NCBI GenBank assembly: GCA_017513085.1
Contig: JAFWDK010000012.1
Span: 8,310 to 72,309, forward strand
Length of the DNA: 64,000 bases
Direction of reading: 5' to 3'
Source: Clostridiales bacterium
GTDB lineage: Bacteria; Bacillota; Clostridia; Saccharofermentanales; Saccharofermentanaceae
Each line of letters starts with the position of its first letter. Within the stretch, counting starts at the first letter, position 1. Shown here piece after piece: positions 40,634 through 50,818 of this stretch. The position numbers and the translations under genes were made by a program. The notes below the pieces were generated by a model, which worked only from the letters and a program-made list of their open reading frames with translations, was not told the origin of the DNA and made no database searches.

Positions 40634-41662
40634 ATGCATTTTTATCCGTTCGTTGATTCATACTGTATGTTCTTCATTTATGCCTTCCTGGGATGGATCC
40701 TGGAAGTTATCTATTACGGCATCGATGAGGGAAGATTCATCAACAGAGGATTTCTTAACGGCCCGCTTTGCCCGGTCTACGGCGTCGGCTTTTACGGCGT
40801 TATCCTGATCCTCGAGAAGATCAAGTTCAATTTCTTCCTTTTGTTCTTCGGCTCCATGATCATCTGCACATTCGTCGAATTCTGGGCCGGATACATTCTT
40901 TTCAAGATCTTCAAGATGCGCTGGTGGGACTACACGGACGAGAAACTGAACCTTTGGGGTTTTATCTGTCCGAAGTTCTCTCTTTACTGGGGCATCGCCT
41001 GTTCTTTCGGTATTTACGTCCTGCACCCGAGCGTGCTGTGGCTTCTCAATAAGACACCGGACTGGCTTCAGATCCTGACACTCGGCTTTTTGTCGATCAT
41101 ACTGGTCTGCGATATCGTCGCGACGGTATGCGCGCTGGTGGGCCTGAAGAAGCGGATCCTCATTATCGGCGGTATTTCCGGCGAGATGAAGGTGATCTCG
41201 GACAAGATCGGCGGCGGGATCTATGGCGGCGTCGATACGGTCATCACGAAGAGTCAGCCGACCCGAGATGCCTATAATGACTGGCGGGAGCTTTACCGTA
41301 AGCATCGTAAGGAGGAAAAAGCACTGGCCAAGGTCCATCGTGATGAGGAGCGGGCGCTTCTTGCCAAGATGAAGCCGAAGGAGATCAAGATCGGAAGTCC
41401 GAAGGAGGCCTTGGGCAATACCAAGGATGCGATCGGGAAGAAGGTCACCGGGTTTGCCAAGCTGGTGCGCCATACCGAGAAGCGTATCGTGCAGACCGTA
41501 AGCATCAATATCAGCGGCTACGGTAAGATCGCGTTAAGCAATATCAGCAACTTGAGCAAGCGTCTCCCACGCATCCGTGGCGGTGCAAGTGAGGAAGCGG
41601 TCGAGAAAGAGGAATTCCTCAAGCAGATCGAAATGCTTGAAAATAATGAAGATGACGAGTAA
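40634..41662 (+). CDS. Putative ABC transporter permease (DUF1113/CmpB family)
   Basis: 'FLGWILEV..NRGFLNGPLCPVYG', 'RWWDY', 'ICPKFSLYWG'. Confidence 0.88.
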   Translation: MHFYPFVDSYCMFFIYAFLGWILEVIYYGIDEGRFINRGFLNGPLCPVYGVGFYGVILILEKIKFNFFLLFFGSMIICTFVEFWAGYILFKIFKMRWWDYTDEKLNLWGFICPKFSLYWGIACSFGIYVLHPSVLWLLNKTPDWLQILTLGFLSIILVCDIVATVCALVGLKKRILIIGGISGEMKVISDKIGGGIYGGVDTVITKSQPTRDAYNDWRELYRKHRKEEKALAKVHRDEERALLAKMKPKEIKIGSPKEALGNTKDAIGKKVTGFAKLVRHTEKRIVQTVSINISGYGKIALSNISNLSKRLPRIRGGASEEAVEKEEFLKQIEMLENNEDDE

Positions 41663-41772
41663 TTCGTTTTTTGTTTAATCTTTTAATATATTTTAATATG
41701 TGGTATCCTAAACGTAATTTGGGGCACGGCGCTGACTCGCTTGAGCGGCTTCGTGGATAAGGATGCTTTGAG

Positions 41773-42732
41773 ATGAAACACATATTTATTATCAATCCTC
41801 GGGCAGGAAAAGAGAAAGAGAATATATCTGTCCGCGTGCGCGCTTTTATCGCTACCAGACCGGATCTGGAGGCGCTGGTGTTCACGACGGAATATTGCGG
41901 CCACGAGACCATCCTCGTCGGGCGTCTCTGCCATATTTTCGAAGATGAGACAATCCGCCTTTATATCTGCGGTGGTTCCGGCACACTCTGCCGCGCCGTC
42001 AGCGGCATCCCGAACCTGGCTATGGTCGAGGTTGCCTTTTTCCCGTGTGGCATGACCAATGACATCCTGAAGGTTTTCGAAGGAGAGGCCGAGCCTTTCC
42101 GTCAGCTGAACGCACTGGTCAACGGTACGCCGATGTATCTCGATCTTCTGGACTTTGGTTTTGGCAAAGCACTGAATTTCTGTTCGACGGGTTTCGATGC
42201 GAAGGTTTCTTCGGATATTAACAGTCTGGCGCGCTTCTCCATCGTCGGCTCGAAGCTTCCTTACTATCTGGCGATCATAAGAAATGCGATCGCAGTCAGA
42301 CATTCCATGTATACCATCAATATCGACGGACATGATTTTTCAGGAAGAAAGACCATGATCACGGCGCTGAACGGCATCACCTACGTAGGATCGTTCAATC
42401 CTTTCGAGCGGGCATGCCCGGTCAATGCGAAGATGAAGGTGATCCTTTACGATGCGGTGTCCATGTTTGCCGTCGCCAAGCATATGAACCACTACCGTCA
42501 CGGGCGGCTTGATAAGATCGGCGCGTCCATCGTGACATTGGAGGGAAGCGAGCTTCGTGTCAAAGCTCCTGAGGGAAGAAATATGTACTTCGCCGCTGAC
42601 GGGGAGACGTTCCCGATCAAGGAGTACCATAACGAATATGCGCTCCGCGTTATGCCGGCCGCGCTGAAGTTCGTGCTTCCGCAGAATGTTGTACTTAAAG
42701 AACAGTGCCGTGAATCGGAAGGAGGGGTCTGA
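41773..42732 (+). CDS. Diacylglycerol/lipid kinase family protein (divergent)
   Basis: 'IINPRAG', 'CGGSGT', 'PCGMTND', 'GFDA', 'ADGE'. Confidence 0.8.
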   Translation: MKHIFIINPRAGKEKENISVRVRAFIATRPDLEALVFTTEYCGHETILVGRLCHIFEDETIRLYICGGSGTLCRAVSGIPNLAMVEVAFFPCGMTNDILKVFEGEAEPFRQLNALVNGTPMYLDLLDFGFGKALNFCSTGFDAKVSSDINSLARFSIVGSKLPYYLAIIRNAIAVRHSMYTINIDGHDFSGRKTMITALNGITYVGSFNPFERACPVNAKMKVILYDAVSMFAVAKHMNHYRHGRLDKIGASIVTLEGSELRVKAPEGRNMYFAADGETFPIKEYHNEYALRVMPAALKFVLPQNVVLKEQCRESEGGV

Positions 42733-42733
42733 G

Positions 42734-45472
42734 ATGCTTCTGGATGTAAAAGACGCGCAGCGGATCCTTCTGGGTATTTATTTTGTCGTATGCATATTCT
42801 TCCTGATCGTTTCAGCGTCCATTATGCAGTATCCACTGTACTTTTCGCTTTACTGCCTGATCTCGCCGATCGTTGCTTTCCTTCTGACGAGGATCGCCAG
42901 GACGAATCTTAAGTTCCAGAAGTACATGATGACCACGTTCTTCCTGGCCATTATCGTGCTTTACGGTATCTACTACAAGAATCCGGGTACGATCCAGGAT
43001 GGTTTTATCACGGTAGCCTGTATCGTGTCTTTGTACTTCGACTTCAGTATCAACCTGTACTGCCTGTTCTTCACGGCTTTGTACTACGCATTCTGGATCG
43101 TCTTCGACTATACGCTCCTGACCAACTCCCTGATGACCATGGGTTCGCTGGAACTGGCGGTCCGTATCACGATCCTTCTGGTCTCCCAGGTATTCCTGAT
43201 GTGCCTGGTTTCGTTTATCAACCGGTCGCGACAGTCTCTGGTGGATAAGTCCAGAAGTACCGAAGATCTTCTCCAGATCGTTGAAATCAAGAAGAAAGAA
43301 GCGGTGGCGGCTTCCCAGACCAAGGCGGACTTCCTGGCCAGCATGTCCCATGAGATCCGAACTCCGATGAATGCTATCGTCGGTATGACCGAGATGATCC
43401 TTCGTGATGACATTAACCCGAGCGTCCGTGAGAATGCCCGAAACATCAAGAGTGCAGGTAATTCCTTGCTCTCCATCGTGAACGATATCCTGGATTTCTC
43501 CAAGATCGAATCCGGTAAGATGGAGATCATCAACGTCAGATACCAGCTGACTTCGGTCATTAACGATATCATCAATATCATTAATGTCAGAATTGCCGAC
43601 AAGAACCTCGACCTGGTCGTCGATGTGGATCCTAATATTCCGGCGGAAATGGTGGGCGATGAGATCCGTCTGCGCCAGATCCTCCTGAATCTTCTGAATA
43701 ACGCCGTGAAGTTTACTTCACAGGGCCATATCGGTCTTCGCGTTTCGCATCGGGCACTGACCAATGATATGTGCCTGCTGCATTTCGATGTTTACGATAC
43801 AGGCTCCGGTATCCGTGAGGAAGACAAGCAGCGCCTGTTCAACAGTTTCCAGCGTCTGGACACCCGGCAGAACCGTTCCATCGAGGGAACAGGTCTCGGC
43901 CTTTCGATCTGTAAGCAGCTCCTTGACCTTATGGGCGGCACGATCTCGGTGCAGAGTACTTACGGAAAGGGCAGTACGTTCTCGTTCGAACTGCATCAGT
44001 TCATCGTCCGTGCCCAGCCGATGTCGAGCATCCCGGATGCCAAGAGAGAACACGTATTCTATCTTGACGACAAGCCGATCTACAGAGAATCTGCCAGATT
44101 GGATCTGCAGCGCCTCGGCGTTTCGGCCCGCTTTGCAACGGATATCTTCGATCTGGACAAGAACTCGAATGCCAAGTATTCCTACTTCTTCGTATCCCGC
44201 GATCTTTTCGACGCAAACAGCCAGAAACTGCGTGCTTTTGCCAGAGAACACGGTGATCCGAAGATCGTCATCATGATCGACCCGACCCAGCTGGCGACCG
44301 GCTACAAGGACGTTCTGGTCGTCCGCCGTCCGGTTTATTCGGCGGTATTTGCTTCCGTTCTCCGTGACAAGCCGATCGAGTCTCTCGAAACCAACGAGTT
44401 CCACGAGAGCTTCATCGCGCCGGAGGTCAGCATCCTCGTGGTCGATGACAACGCCGTAAACCTGAAGGTCGTTAAGGGCCTTCTTGAGCCGTATCAGATG
44501 CACGTGACCACGGCGAACAGCGGCTCGCGCTGCCTACAGATCCTGAAGGAAGAAGGCCAGCGATTCCACCTGATCTTTATGGATCACATGATGCCGGAAC
44601 TCGATGGTATCGATACTTTGCGCCTCATCCGGAATACCGATGATCCGTATTTTAAGAATGTGCCGGTCATCGCGCTTACGGCCAACGCGGTCAGCGGTGT
44701 CCAGGATATGTTCATGAAGGAAGGTTTCCAGGGCTATGTTTCCAAGCCGATCGAGCTGGCTCAGCTGGAAAAAGCACTGAAGAACAATCTTCCGGAGGAT
44801 CTGATCATCAAGAAGCAGGTGGCGGCGGCGGTGACTACGCCGAAGGCCGGCGAGGGCGAGATGCAGCTTCGTGGTGTGGATTGCGCGCGTGGTCTTTTGA
44901 ACTGTGGAAATAACCTTGATAACTATCTGAGCCTGTTGAAGGTCGTATATGAGGATGGTGTCGTGAAACTGGACCGTATCCGTGAACTGGCGGAACAGAA
45001 GAACTACAATGAATACGGTATCGAGGTGCACGCCCTGAAGAGTGTCGCCGCATCGATCGGCGCGCAAGAGCTTTCGGATCAGGCTAAGGAACACGAATTT
45101 GCCAACTATGACGGGCATTTTGATTTCATCGATGCGAACTATCAGGACCTTCTGGTGAATTACAGTTCGCTTCTGGACGATATCGCCATTGAGCTGAAGG
45201 CTCGTGGTGTCATGAATACGGTAGATAAGACAGAAAATGACGGACAGCCGAAGCCGGAGATCCCGGAGGAAACTTTCCGTCAGGCGCTCGTCGAGATGCG
45301 TAGATCGGTAGAGGATTTCGATGCGGATGTGGCCATGGAGAAACTGGATTGGATCCTTGGCTTCGAGGTCGGGGAGCAGCGTACGCTTGCGCTCCGTCGT
45401 ATCCGGAATCTCTTGAACGACTTCCAGTATGATGATGCGGTTTCTGCTATAGATAAGATCCTGGAGTTGTGA
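42734..45472 (+). CDS. Hybrid sensor histidine kinase (TM-HisKA-HATPase-REC-Hpt)
   Basis: 'SHEIRTPMN', 'NAVKFT', 'GTGLGL', REC 'FMDHMMPELDG', Hpt 'VHALKS'. Confidence 0.93.
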   Translation: MLLDVKDAQRILLGIYFVVCIFFLIVSASIMQYPLYFSLYCLISPIVAFLLTRIARTNLKFQKYMMTTFFLAIIVLYGIYYKNPGTIQDGFITVACIVSLYFDFSINLYCLFFTALYYAFWIVFDYTLLTNSLMTMGSLELAVRITILLVSQVFLMCLVSFINRSRQSLVDKSRSTEDLLQIVEIKKKEAVAASQTKADFLASMSHEIRTPMNAIVGMTEMILRDDINPSVRENARNIKSAGNSLLSIVNDILDFSKIESGKMEIINVRYQLTSVINDIINIINVRIADKNLDLVVDVDPNIPAEMVGDEIRLRQILLNLLNNAVKFTSQGHIGLRVSHRALTNDMCLLHFDVYDTGSGIREEDKQRLFNSFQRLDTRQNRSIEGTGLGLSICKQLLDLMGGTISVQSTYGKGSTFSFELHQFIVRAQPMSSIPDAKREHVFYLDDKPIYRESARLDLQRLGVSARFATDIFDLDKNSNAKYSYFFVSRDLFDANSQKLRAFAREHGDPKIVIMIDPTQLATGYKDVLVVRRPVYSAVFASVLRDKPIESLETNEFHESFIAPEVSILVVDDNAVNLKVVKGLLEPYQMHVTTANSGSRCLQILKEEGQRFHLIFMDHMMPELDGIDTLRLIRNTDDPYFKNVPVIALTANAVSGVQDMFMKEGFQGYVSKPIELAQLEKALKNNLPEDLIIKKQVAAAVTTPKAGEGEMQLRGVDCARGLLNCGNNLDNYLSLLKVVYEDGVVKLDRIRELAEQKNYNEYGIEVHALKSVAASIGAQELSDQAKEHEFANYDGHFDFIDANYQDLLVNYSSLLDDIAIELKARGVMNTVDKTENDGQPKPEIPEETFRQALVEMRRSVEDFDADVAMEKLDWILGFEVGEQRTLALRRIRNLLNDFQYDDAVSAIDKILEL

Positions 45473-45473
45473 T

Positions 45474-46856
45474 ATGGGCGAAGAAAAGAAAGACATGAAG
45501 ACGATTTTAGTGGTGGATGACAGCAAGGCGAATCTTACCCTTTCCAAACAGGCTTTAGAGGAATACTATCAGGTCAGTCTCGTGATCTCCGGACAGATGG
45601 CTCTCCGTTATCTGGAGAAGAAGACGCCGGATCTGATCCTTCTGGACATCAATATGCCGGAGATGGACGGCAAAGAAACTCTGCGCCAGATCCGTTCGAT
45701 TGAAGAGTATAAAGATATCCCGGTCATCTTCCTTACCGCGAAGACGGACCCGGAGACTGAGGTGGAATGTCTGAAACTGGGCGCTACCGACTTTATCGCG
45801 AAACCTTTTGTGCCGCAGGTCATGCGTTCACGTATCGCGAGGACACTTGAACTTGAGGAGTACCGGAAACAGGCGGAGAAGAAGGCGAAGAAGTTTGAGA
45901 ATATTGCCTCCACCGACGCGATGACCGGACTTTGGAACCGTAATTACCTGACGACGAAGATCGACGAGAGCCTCGCGGCCGGTAAAACGGCAGCCTATCT
46001 CATTGTGGACGTGGACCACTTTAAGAGCGTCAACGATAAGCTCGGACACATTATGGGCGATAAAGTCCTGATCCGTCTGGCGCACATGATGATGGAGTAT
46101 TTCCCGAATGACACGGTGGCAAGACTCGGCGGTGACGAGTTCGTTATCTTTATCGTGGATCCGCCGGAGCACGATGTGCTCTGCGAGAAGCTGGCTTCTT
46201 TCCAGAAGACGGTCAACGAAGATCTCGAAAGAACGACGAACGGTATTGCGACATTGTCGATCGGTGTCGCACTGGCACCGCAGGATGGCGCGAATATGGA
46301 TACGCTTTACGATAAGGCAGACCGTGCCCTCTATGTCGTAAAGAAGGAAAGCCGTAACAGCTTCCGTTTTTACGATTCCACACTCCCGTCCAAGCAGGCT
46401 AAGGCCGATCTGCCGAGCTCCGTGGAGGTCGATGTCCGTGTCCTGATCCAGCAGCTCAGAGAACCCGGTACGATCCGTGGCGCGTACTGGCAGGAGTATG
46501 AACCGTTCCTGTCCACTTTCCGCTTTGTTGAGAGAAGCAACTCCCGTTCGGATGAGTCCTTCTGCGTGATGCTGACGACACTTTTGAATGAAAACGGTGA
46601 GAAACTGGAAGACGATATTCTGGAGCAGAATATGGATATCCTGTACACGGCGATCCAGGATACGCTCCGAAAAGGTGATGTTTTCACCAAATACAGCAGT
46701 TCCCAGTATGTGGTGATGCTGCCGTCCGCGAATAAAGAAGCCGGCGGACAGATCGCGGCCGAACGACTCAAGAGCTTTTTCAACGAAAAGAAGAGTCACC
46801 CGGGTGTGGTGCTCAAGACGGATCTGGCCATGATGAATATGGTGGAGCGTACATAA
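45474..46856 (+). CDS. Response regulator diguanylate cyclase (REC-GGDEF + degenerate GGDEF)
   Basis: REC 'LDINMPEMDG'; 'DHFKSVND..GH..GD', 'RLGGDEF'; C-terminal 'LRKGDVFTKYSSSQY'. Confidence 0.92.
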   Translation: MGEEKKDMKTILVVDDSKANLTLSKQALEEYYQVSLVISGQMALRYLEKKTPDLILLDINMPEMDGKETLRQIRSIEEYKDIPVIFLTAKTDPETEVECLKLGATDFIAKPFVPQVMRSRIARTLELEEYRKQAEKKAKKFENIASTDAMTGLWNRNYLTTKIDESLAAGKTAAYLIVDVDHFKSVNDKLGHIMGDKVLIRLAHMMMEYFPNDTVARLGGDEFVIFIVDPPEHDVLCEKLASFQKTVNEDLERTTNGIATLSIGVALAPQDGANMDTLYDKADRALYVVKKESRNSFRFYDSTLPSKQAKADLPSSVEVDVRVLIQQLREPGTIRGAYWQEYEPFLSTFRFVERSNSRSDESFCVMLTTLLNENGEKLEDDILEQNMDILYTAIQDTLRKGDVFTKYSSSQYVVMLPSANKEAGGQIAAERLKSFFNEKKSHPGVVLKTDLAMMNMVERT

Positions 46857-46906
46857 TATTTGTGGTAAAATTATAAAGTTATTCAAAATGATGGAGGCGA
46901 GAAGCA

Positions 46907-48196
46907 ATGCTCGACATTAAATTTGTCCGTGCGAACCCGGATGTTGTAAAGGAAAACATTAAGAAGAAATTCCAGGATGAGAAACTCCCGTTGGTGGATG
47001 AGGTCATCGAATACGATAAGCAGCTGCGTGAGGCGAAGACCCGTGTGGAATATCTCCGTAGCCAGAGAAATGCGATCAGTAAGCAGATCGGTATGCTGAT
47101 GGGTCAGGGCAAGAAGGACGAGGCCGAGGAAGCCAAGAAGCAGGTTGCGGAAATGGCGGACGAGATGGCTGCCCTCGATGTGAAAGAGCAGGAGCTGACC
47201 GAGAAGGTCAAGAAGATCATGATGGTGATTCCGAACATTATCGACGATTCCGTGCCGGTTGGTAAGGATGACAGCGAGAATGTCGAGAACGAGCGTTTCG
47301 GCGAGCCGGTCGTTCCGGATTTTGAGATCCCGTATCACGTGGATATCATGGAGAGATTCGACGGCATCGATCTGGATGCGGCCAGAAAGACTTCCGGAAA
47401 CGGTTTTTACTATCTCAAGGGCGATATCGCCAGACTTCATTCCGCGATCCTTTCTTATGCAAGAGATTTCATGATCGATCGTGGATTTACCTACTATGTA
47501 CCGCCGTTCATGATCCGTTCCGCAGTAGTAAACGGTGTTATGAGCTTTTCTGAGATGGAGAACATGATGTATAAGATCGAAGGCGAGGATCTCTACCTGA
47601 TCGGTACTTCCGAGCATTCCATGATCGGAAAGTTCATCGATACGATGCTTGACGAAGCAGATCTTCCGCAGACATTGACATCCTATTCTCCTTGCTTCCG
47701 TAAGGAAGTCGGTGCGCACGGCATCGAGGAGAGAGGCGTATACCGTATCCATCAGTTTGAAAAGCAGGAGATGATCGTTGTCTGCAAGCCGGAAGAGAGC
47801 ATGGACTGGTATAACAAACTTTGGAAGAACACTGTGGATTTCTTCCGCAGCATGGATATTCCGGTTAGAACGCTGGAGTGCTGCTCGGGTGACCTGGCCG
47901 ATCTTAAGGTCAAGTCCTGTGACGTTGAGGCATGGTCTCCGCGTCAGAAGAAGTATTTCGAGGTCGGAAGCTGCTCGAACTTAGGTGATGCGCAGGCTCG
48001 CCGTCTCGGTATCCGTGTCAAGAATAAAGAGAAGGGCAACTATCTGCCGCATACTCTGAATAATACAGTTGTAGCTCCGCCGCGTATGCTGATCGCATTC
48101 CTGGAGAACAACCTCAATGCTGACGGTTCTGTCAACATCCCGCAGCCGCTGCGTATGTACATGGGCGGCAAGGAGAAGATCGAAGTCAAGAAGTGA
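46907..48196 (+). CDS. serS: Serine--tRNA ligase
   Basis: 'MLDIKFVR', 'GTSEH', 'CFRKE', 'YRIHQFEK', 'EVGSCSN', 'HTLNNT'. Confidence 0.97.
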   Translation: MLDIKFVRANPDVVKENIKKKFQDEKLPLVDEVIEYDKQLREAKTRVEYLRSQRNAISKQIGMLMGQGKKDEAEEAKKQVAEMADEMAALDVKEQELTEKVKKIMMVIPNIIDDSVPVGKDDSENVENERFGEPVVPDFEIPYHVDIMERFDGIDLDAARKTSGNGFYYLKGDIARLHSAILSYARDFMIDRGFTYYVPPFMIRSAVVNGVMSFSEMENMMYKIEGEDLYLIGTSEHSMIGKFIDTMLDEADLPQTLTSYSPCFRKEVGAHGIEERGVYRIHQFEKQEMIVVCKPEESMDWYNKLWKNTVDFFRSMDIPVRTLECCSGDLADLKVKSCDVEAWSPRQKKYFEVGSCSNLGDAQARRLGIRVKNKEKGNYLPHTLNNTVVAPPRMLIAFLENNLNADGSVNIPQPLRMYMGGKEKIEVKK

Positions 48197-48255
48197 TCGG
48201 ACGATCTGACCTTACGAAGAGCAGTTGACGAAAGAAGAGGACGAAGGCATAGAAG

Positions 48256-49296
48256 ATGCGGAACAATAAGAAGTTTATTATCGGATTTGTCATATTTGAC
48301 GCGCTCCTGATCATCGGGATCGTGTTATATATCGTCATCGCCAATCCTTTCAGCGACAGTGTCGCGCCTTCCGTGACACCGACAACGAAGACGACGACGC
48401 CTGCCGAATCCGGTACGGGCTCGAAGAAGAAGGGCGCGCTTTCCAAAGTGGAAGAACTGAGTATGGAATCCATGCAGGTCATGACACAGGAACCGGCTCT
48501 GATGGGCCTTCGTGAAGAAGCCAACCGCACCGAAGATGGCCTTTACTATACCGACTATCTCGGTTATACCGAATCGGATGTGGACGGTGACGGCGAGAAC
48601 GAGTACTTCTCCATCAGCCTCGATGATCACAGTGAATCTTTCTATGTCCTGGCCAGAAAGGGCGATAAGGTCGTCGACTATGTCGTGCCCGGCACGGAGT
48701 ATTCTTTTAACGATGCCTATGGCGCCAAGGTCTGCAAAGGCGAACTTCGCGGATTTACGGTCGATCTGAACAGTTCCGACAAGTACACCGAGATCGGTGT
48801 GATCCTTATGCGTGATAACTGGAAAGAGTATGACACGATCATCGCGAGATTTGACGGCGAGAAGATCTATGCGTCCCGCGTGCACGGATTCCTTTCCGGA
48901 TTGTCGGATTCATCTAGCGTGCAATTTGCTACATATGATACTATATATGGTATACATAAACTTTATCGGAATTACTCGATCGTGGACGATACGGATTTCT
49001 TAAGCCCGCAGGGCGATTACTTCGCCGAACTGAATGTGGAGCGCACGTCGTATCTGCACAATCTGGATTTCGAGATCACATGCACGAACCTTAAGGGTGA
49101 ACAGATCACATTGAAGCCGGGAACGTCCTTTTACTGGGGAAGAACGGACAATGCGACTTTTGTGGACATGATCTCTACGGACGGATATGTTTACCGCTTG
49201 CCGGTCCGTGAGGAGGTCGTTCACTACGATACAGGCGATCAGTCTGTATACTATCTTGGCGACAAGGTATCTTCGGATATCTACACCAAGGCTTGA
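48256..49296 (+). CDS. Hypothetical membrane-anchored extracellular protein
   Basis: N-terminal TM, S/T linker, 'DVDGDGENE' Ca-binding-like loop. Confidence 0.7.
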   Translation: MRNNKKFIIGFVIFDALLIIGIVLYIVIANPFSDSVAPSVTPTTKTTTPAESGTGSKKKGALSKVEELSMESMQVMTQEPALMGLREEANRTEDGLYYTDYLGYTESDVDGDGENEYFSISLDDHSESFYVLARKGDKVVDYVVPGTEYSFNDAYGAKVCKGELRGFTVDLNSSDKYTEIGVILMRDNWKEYDTIIARFDGEKIYASRVHGFLSGLSDSSSVQFATYDTIYGIHKLYRNYSIVDDTDFLSPQGDYFAELNVERTSYLHNLDFEITCTNLKGEQITLKPGTSFYWGRTDNATFVDMISTDGYVYRLPVREEVVHYDTGDQSVYYLGDKVSSDIYTKA

Positions 49297-49324
49297 TTGC
49301 GAGGAAAGAAGAGGACAAAGATAC

Positions 49325-49960
49325 ATGTCGAAGTACTGTATTGGATACTATAACCGTTCTGTCGTGATGACCTATATCGGGTTGGCTTTCGCGGTGGTCG
49401 GTATCTGTTTTGCTTATGTGACGAATCTGACGTGGTCGGTCGTCTGCCTGATCGTGGCGGGCGTGACGGATATGTTCGACGGCAAGATCGCCAGAGCTTG
49501 TAAGAACCGTTCCAAGCAGGAAAAAGAATTCGGCGTGCAGATCGATTCTCTGACCGATACTGTGGCATTTGTTGTGCTTCCGGTCCTGATTTCCCTGGAG
49601 ATGGGCCATCAGGGACCGATCAGCATCGCGATCAGCTGCCTGTATGTTCTGGCCGGCGTCATCCGTCTGGGATATTTTAATGTCCTCGTTGCCAATTCGG
49701 TTCCGGATCAGCCCATGAAGAACTATACCGGCCTTCCGGTAACTTCCGCGGCGATCATCTTCCCGACATTGTGGCTGATCTCCCGCTTTATTACGAAATT
49801 TCCGACCACGATCATGTACAACGTGGTCATGTTCCTGACGGCAGTGCTTTTTGTATCGAGAATGAAGATCAGAAAGCCGAAGGGGATTGCTTACTATATC
49901 TTTACCGTCATTGCGGTCATCGGTATCGCACTTCTTTTGTACCTGCAGTATTTCCGCTAA
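49325..49960 (+). CDS. CDP-alcohol phosphatidyltransferase (PssA-like)
   Basis: 'DMFDGKIAR..FGVQIDSLTD', 'IRLGYFN', 'GLPV'. Confidence 0.9.
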   Translation: MSKYCIGYYNRSVVMTYIGLAFAVVGICFAYVTNLTWSVVCLIVAGVTDMFDGKIARACKNRSKQEKEFGVQIDSLTDTVAFVVLPVLISLEMGHQGPISIAISCLYVLAGVIRLGYFNVLVANSVPDQPMKNYTGLPVTSAAIIFPTLWLISRFITKFPTTIMYNVVMFLTAVLFVSRMKIRKPKGIAYYIFTVIAVIGIALLLYLQYFR

Positions 49961-49994
49961 GGTACGAGGATCTCTGTTTCAGGAGGATAGCAGA

Positions 49995-50813
49995 ATGGGT
50001 ATTATCGTCGGCCTCGACATCGGAGGCAGCACTACGAAAGTAGTGGGAATGAATGGAAATAAGATCATCGGAAATCAGATCGTAAAAGCAGACGACCCGG
50101 TTACATCCGCTTTTGGTGCGCTGGGAAAACTCATGGATTCATACTCTCTTCAGATCTCGGATATTGAGAAACTCAAGATCACAGGCGTTGGCGCTTCGTT
50201 CCCGAACGGCGATCTTCTGGGCATTCCGACGGTCCGGATCCAGGAGTTCTTCGCAACCGGACAAGGTGGTCTTTTCCTTTCCGGACTGGAGCATGCGATC
50301 GTAGTCAGCATGGGTACCGGTACGGCTTTCGTCGAGGCGACCAAAGAGGAAGTCCGTCACATCATCGGTTCCGGTGTGGGCGGAGGTACGCTGGTCGGTC
50401 TTTCCAACTGTGCCCTGAATATGCGTGATTTTGACCTGATCGTGGATCTTTCGCAGGATGGCGATCTGAAACATGTTGATCTGACCATCGGCGATATTTC
50501 CCACGCGGCGATCCCCGGTCTGACGATGGATACGACCGCTTCCAACTTCGGTAAGATGCAGGACGATGCATCCAAGTCGGATGTCGCATACGGCCTTTTC
50601 AATCTGGTATTCCAGTCGGTCGGCACCATGGCGGTCCTGGCGGCAAGAAATGCAAACCTGAAGGATGTTGTTTTTACCGGTCAGGCGACAAAAGCACCGA
50701 TGTGCGCGACTATCTACAAGGCTTTTTCCGAGTTGTATAACATTAACTTTATTGTTCCGCAGATGTCGGAGTTTGCGACCGCGATCGGCGCGGCCATTGC
50801 TTCCGAGGTTTGA
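49995..50813 (+). CDS. Type II pantothenate kinase (CoaW-like)
   Basis: 'GLDIGGSTTK', 'TGVGA', 'QEF', 'SMGTGT', 'GVGGGT', 'ASNFGK'. Confidence 0.88.
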   Translation: MGIIVGLDIGGSTTKVVGMNGNKIIGNQIVKADDPVTSAFGALGKLMDSYSLQISDIEKLKITGVGASFPNGDLLGIPTVRIQEFFATGQGGLFLSGLEHAIVVSMGTGTAFVEATKEEVRHIIGSGVGGGTLVGLSNCALNMRDFDLIVDLSQDGDLKHVDLTIGDISHAAIPGLTMDTTASNFGKMQDDASKSDVAYGLFNLVFQSVGTMAVLAARNANLKDVVFTGQATKAPMCATIYKAFSELYNINFIVPQMSEFATAIGAAIASEV

Positions 50814-50818
50814 TCCTT

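Noticed and set aside
41700-41770. Possible c-di-GMP riboswitch upstream of the signalling operon
   Set aside because: Only a small hairpin; class I and II consensus elements were not recognised.
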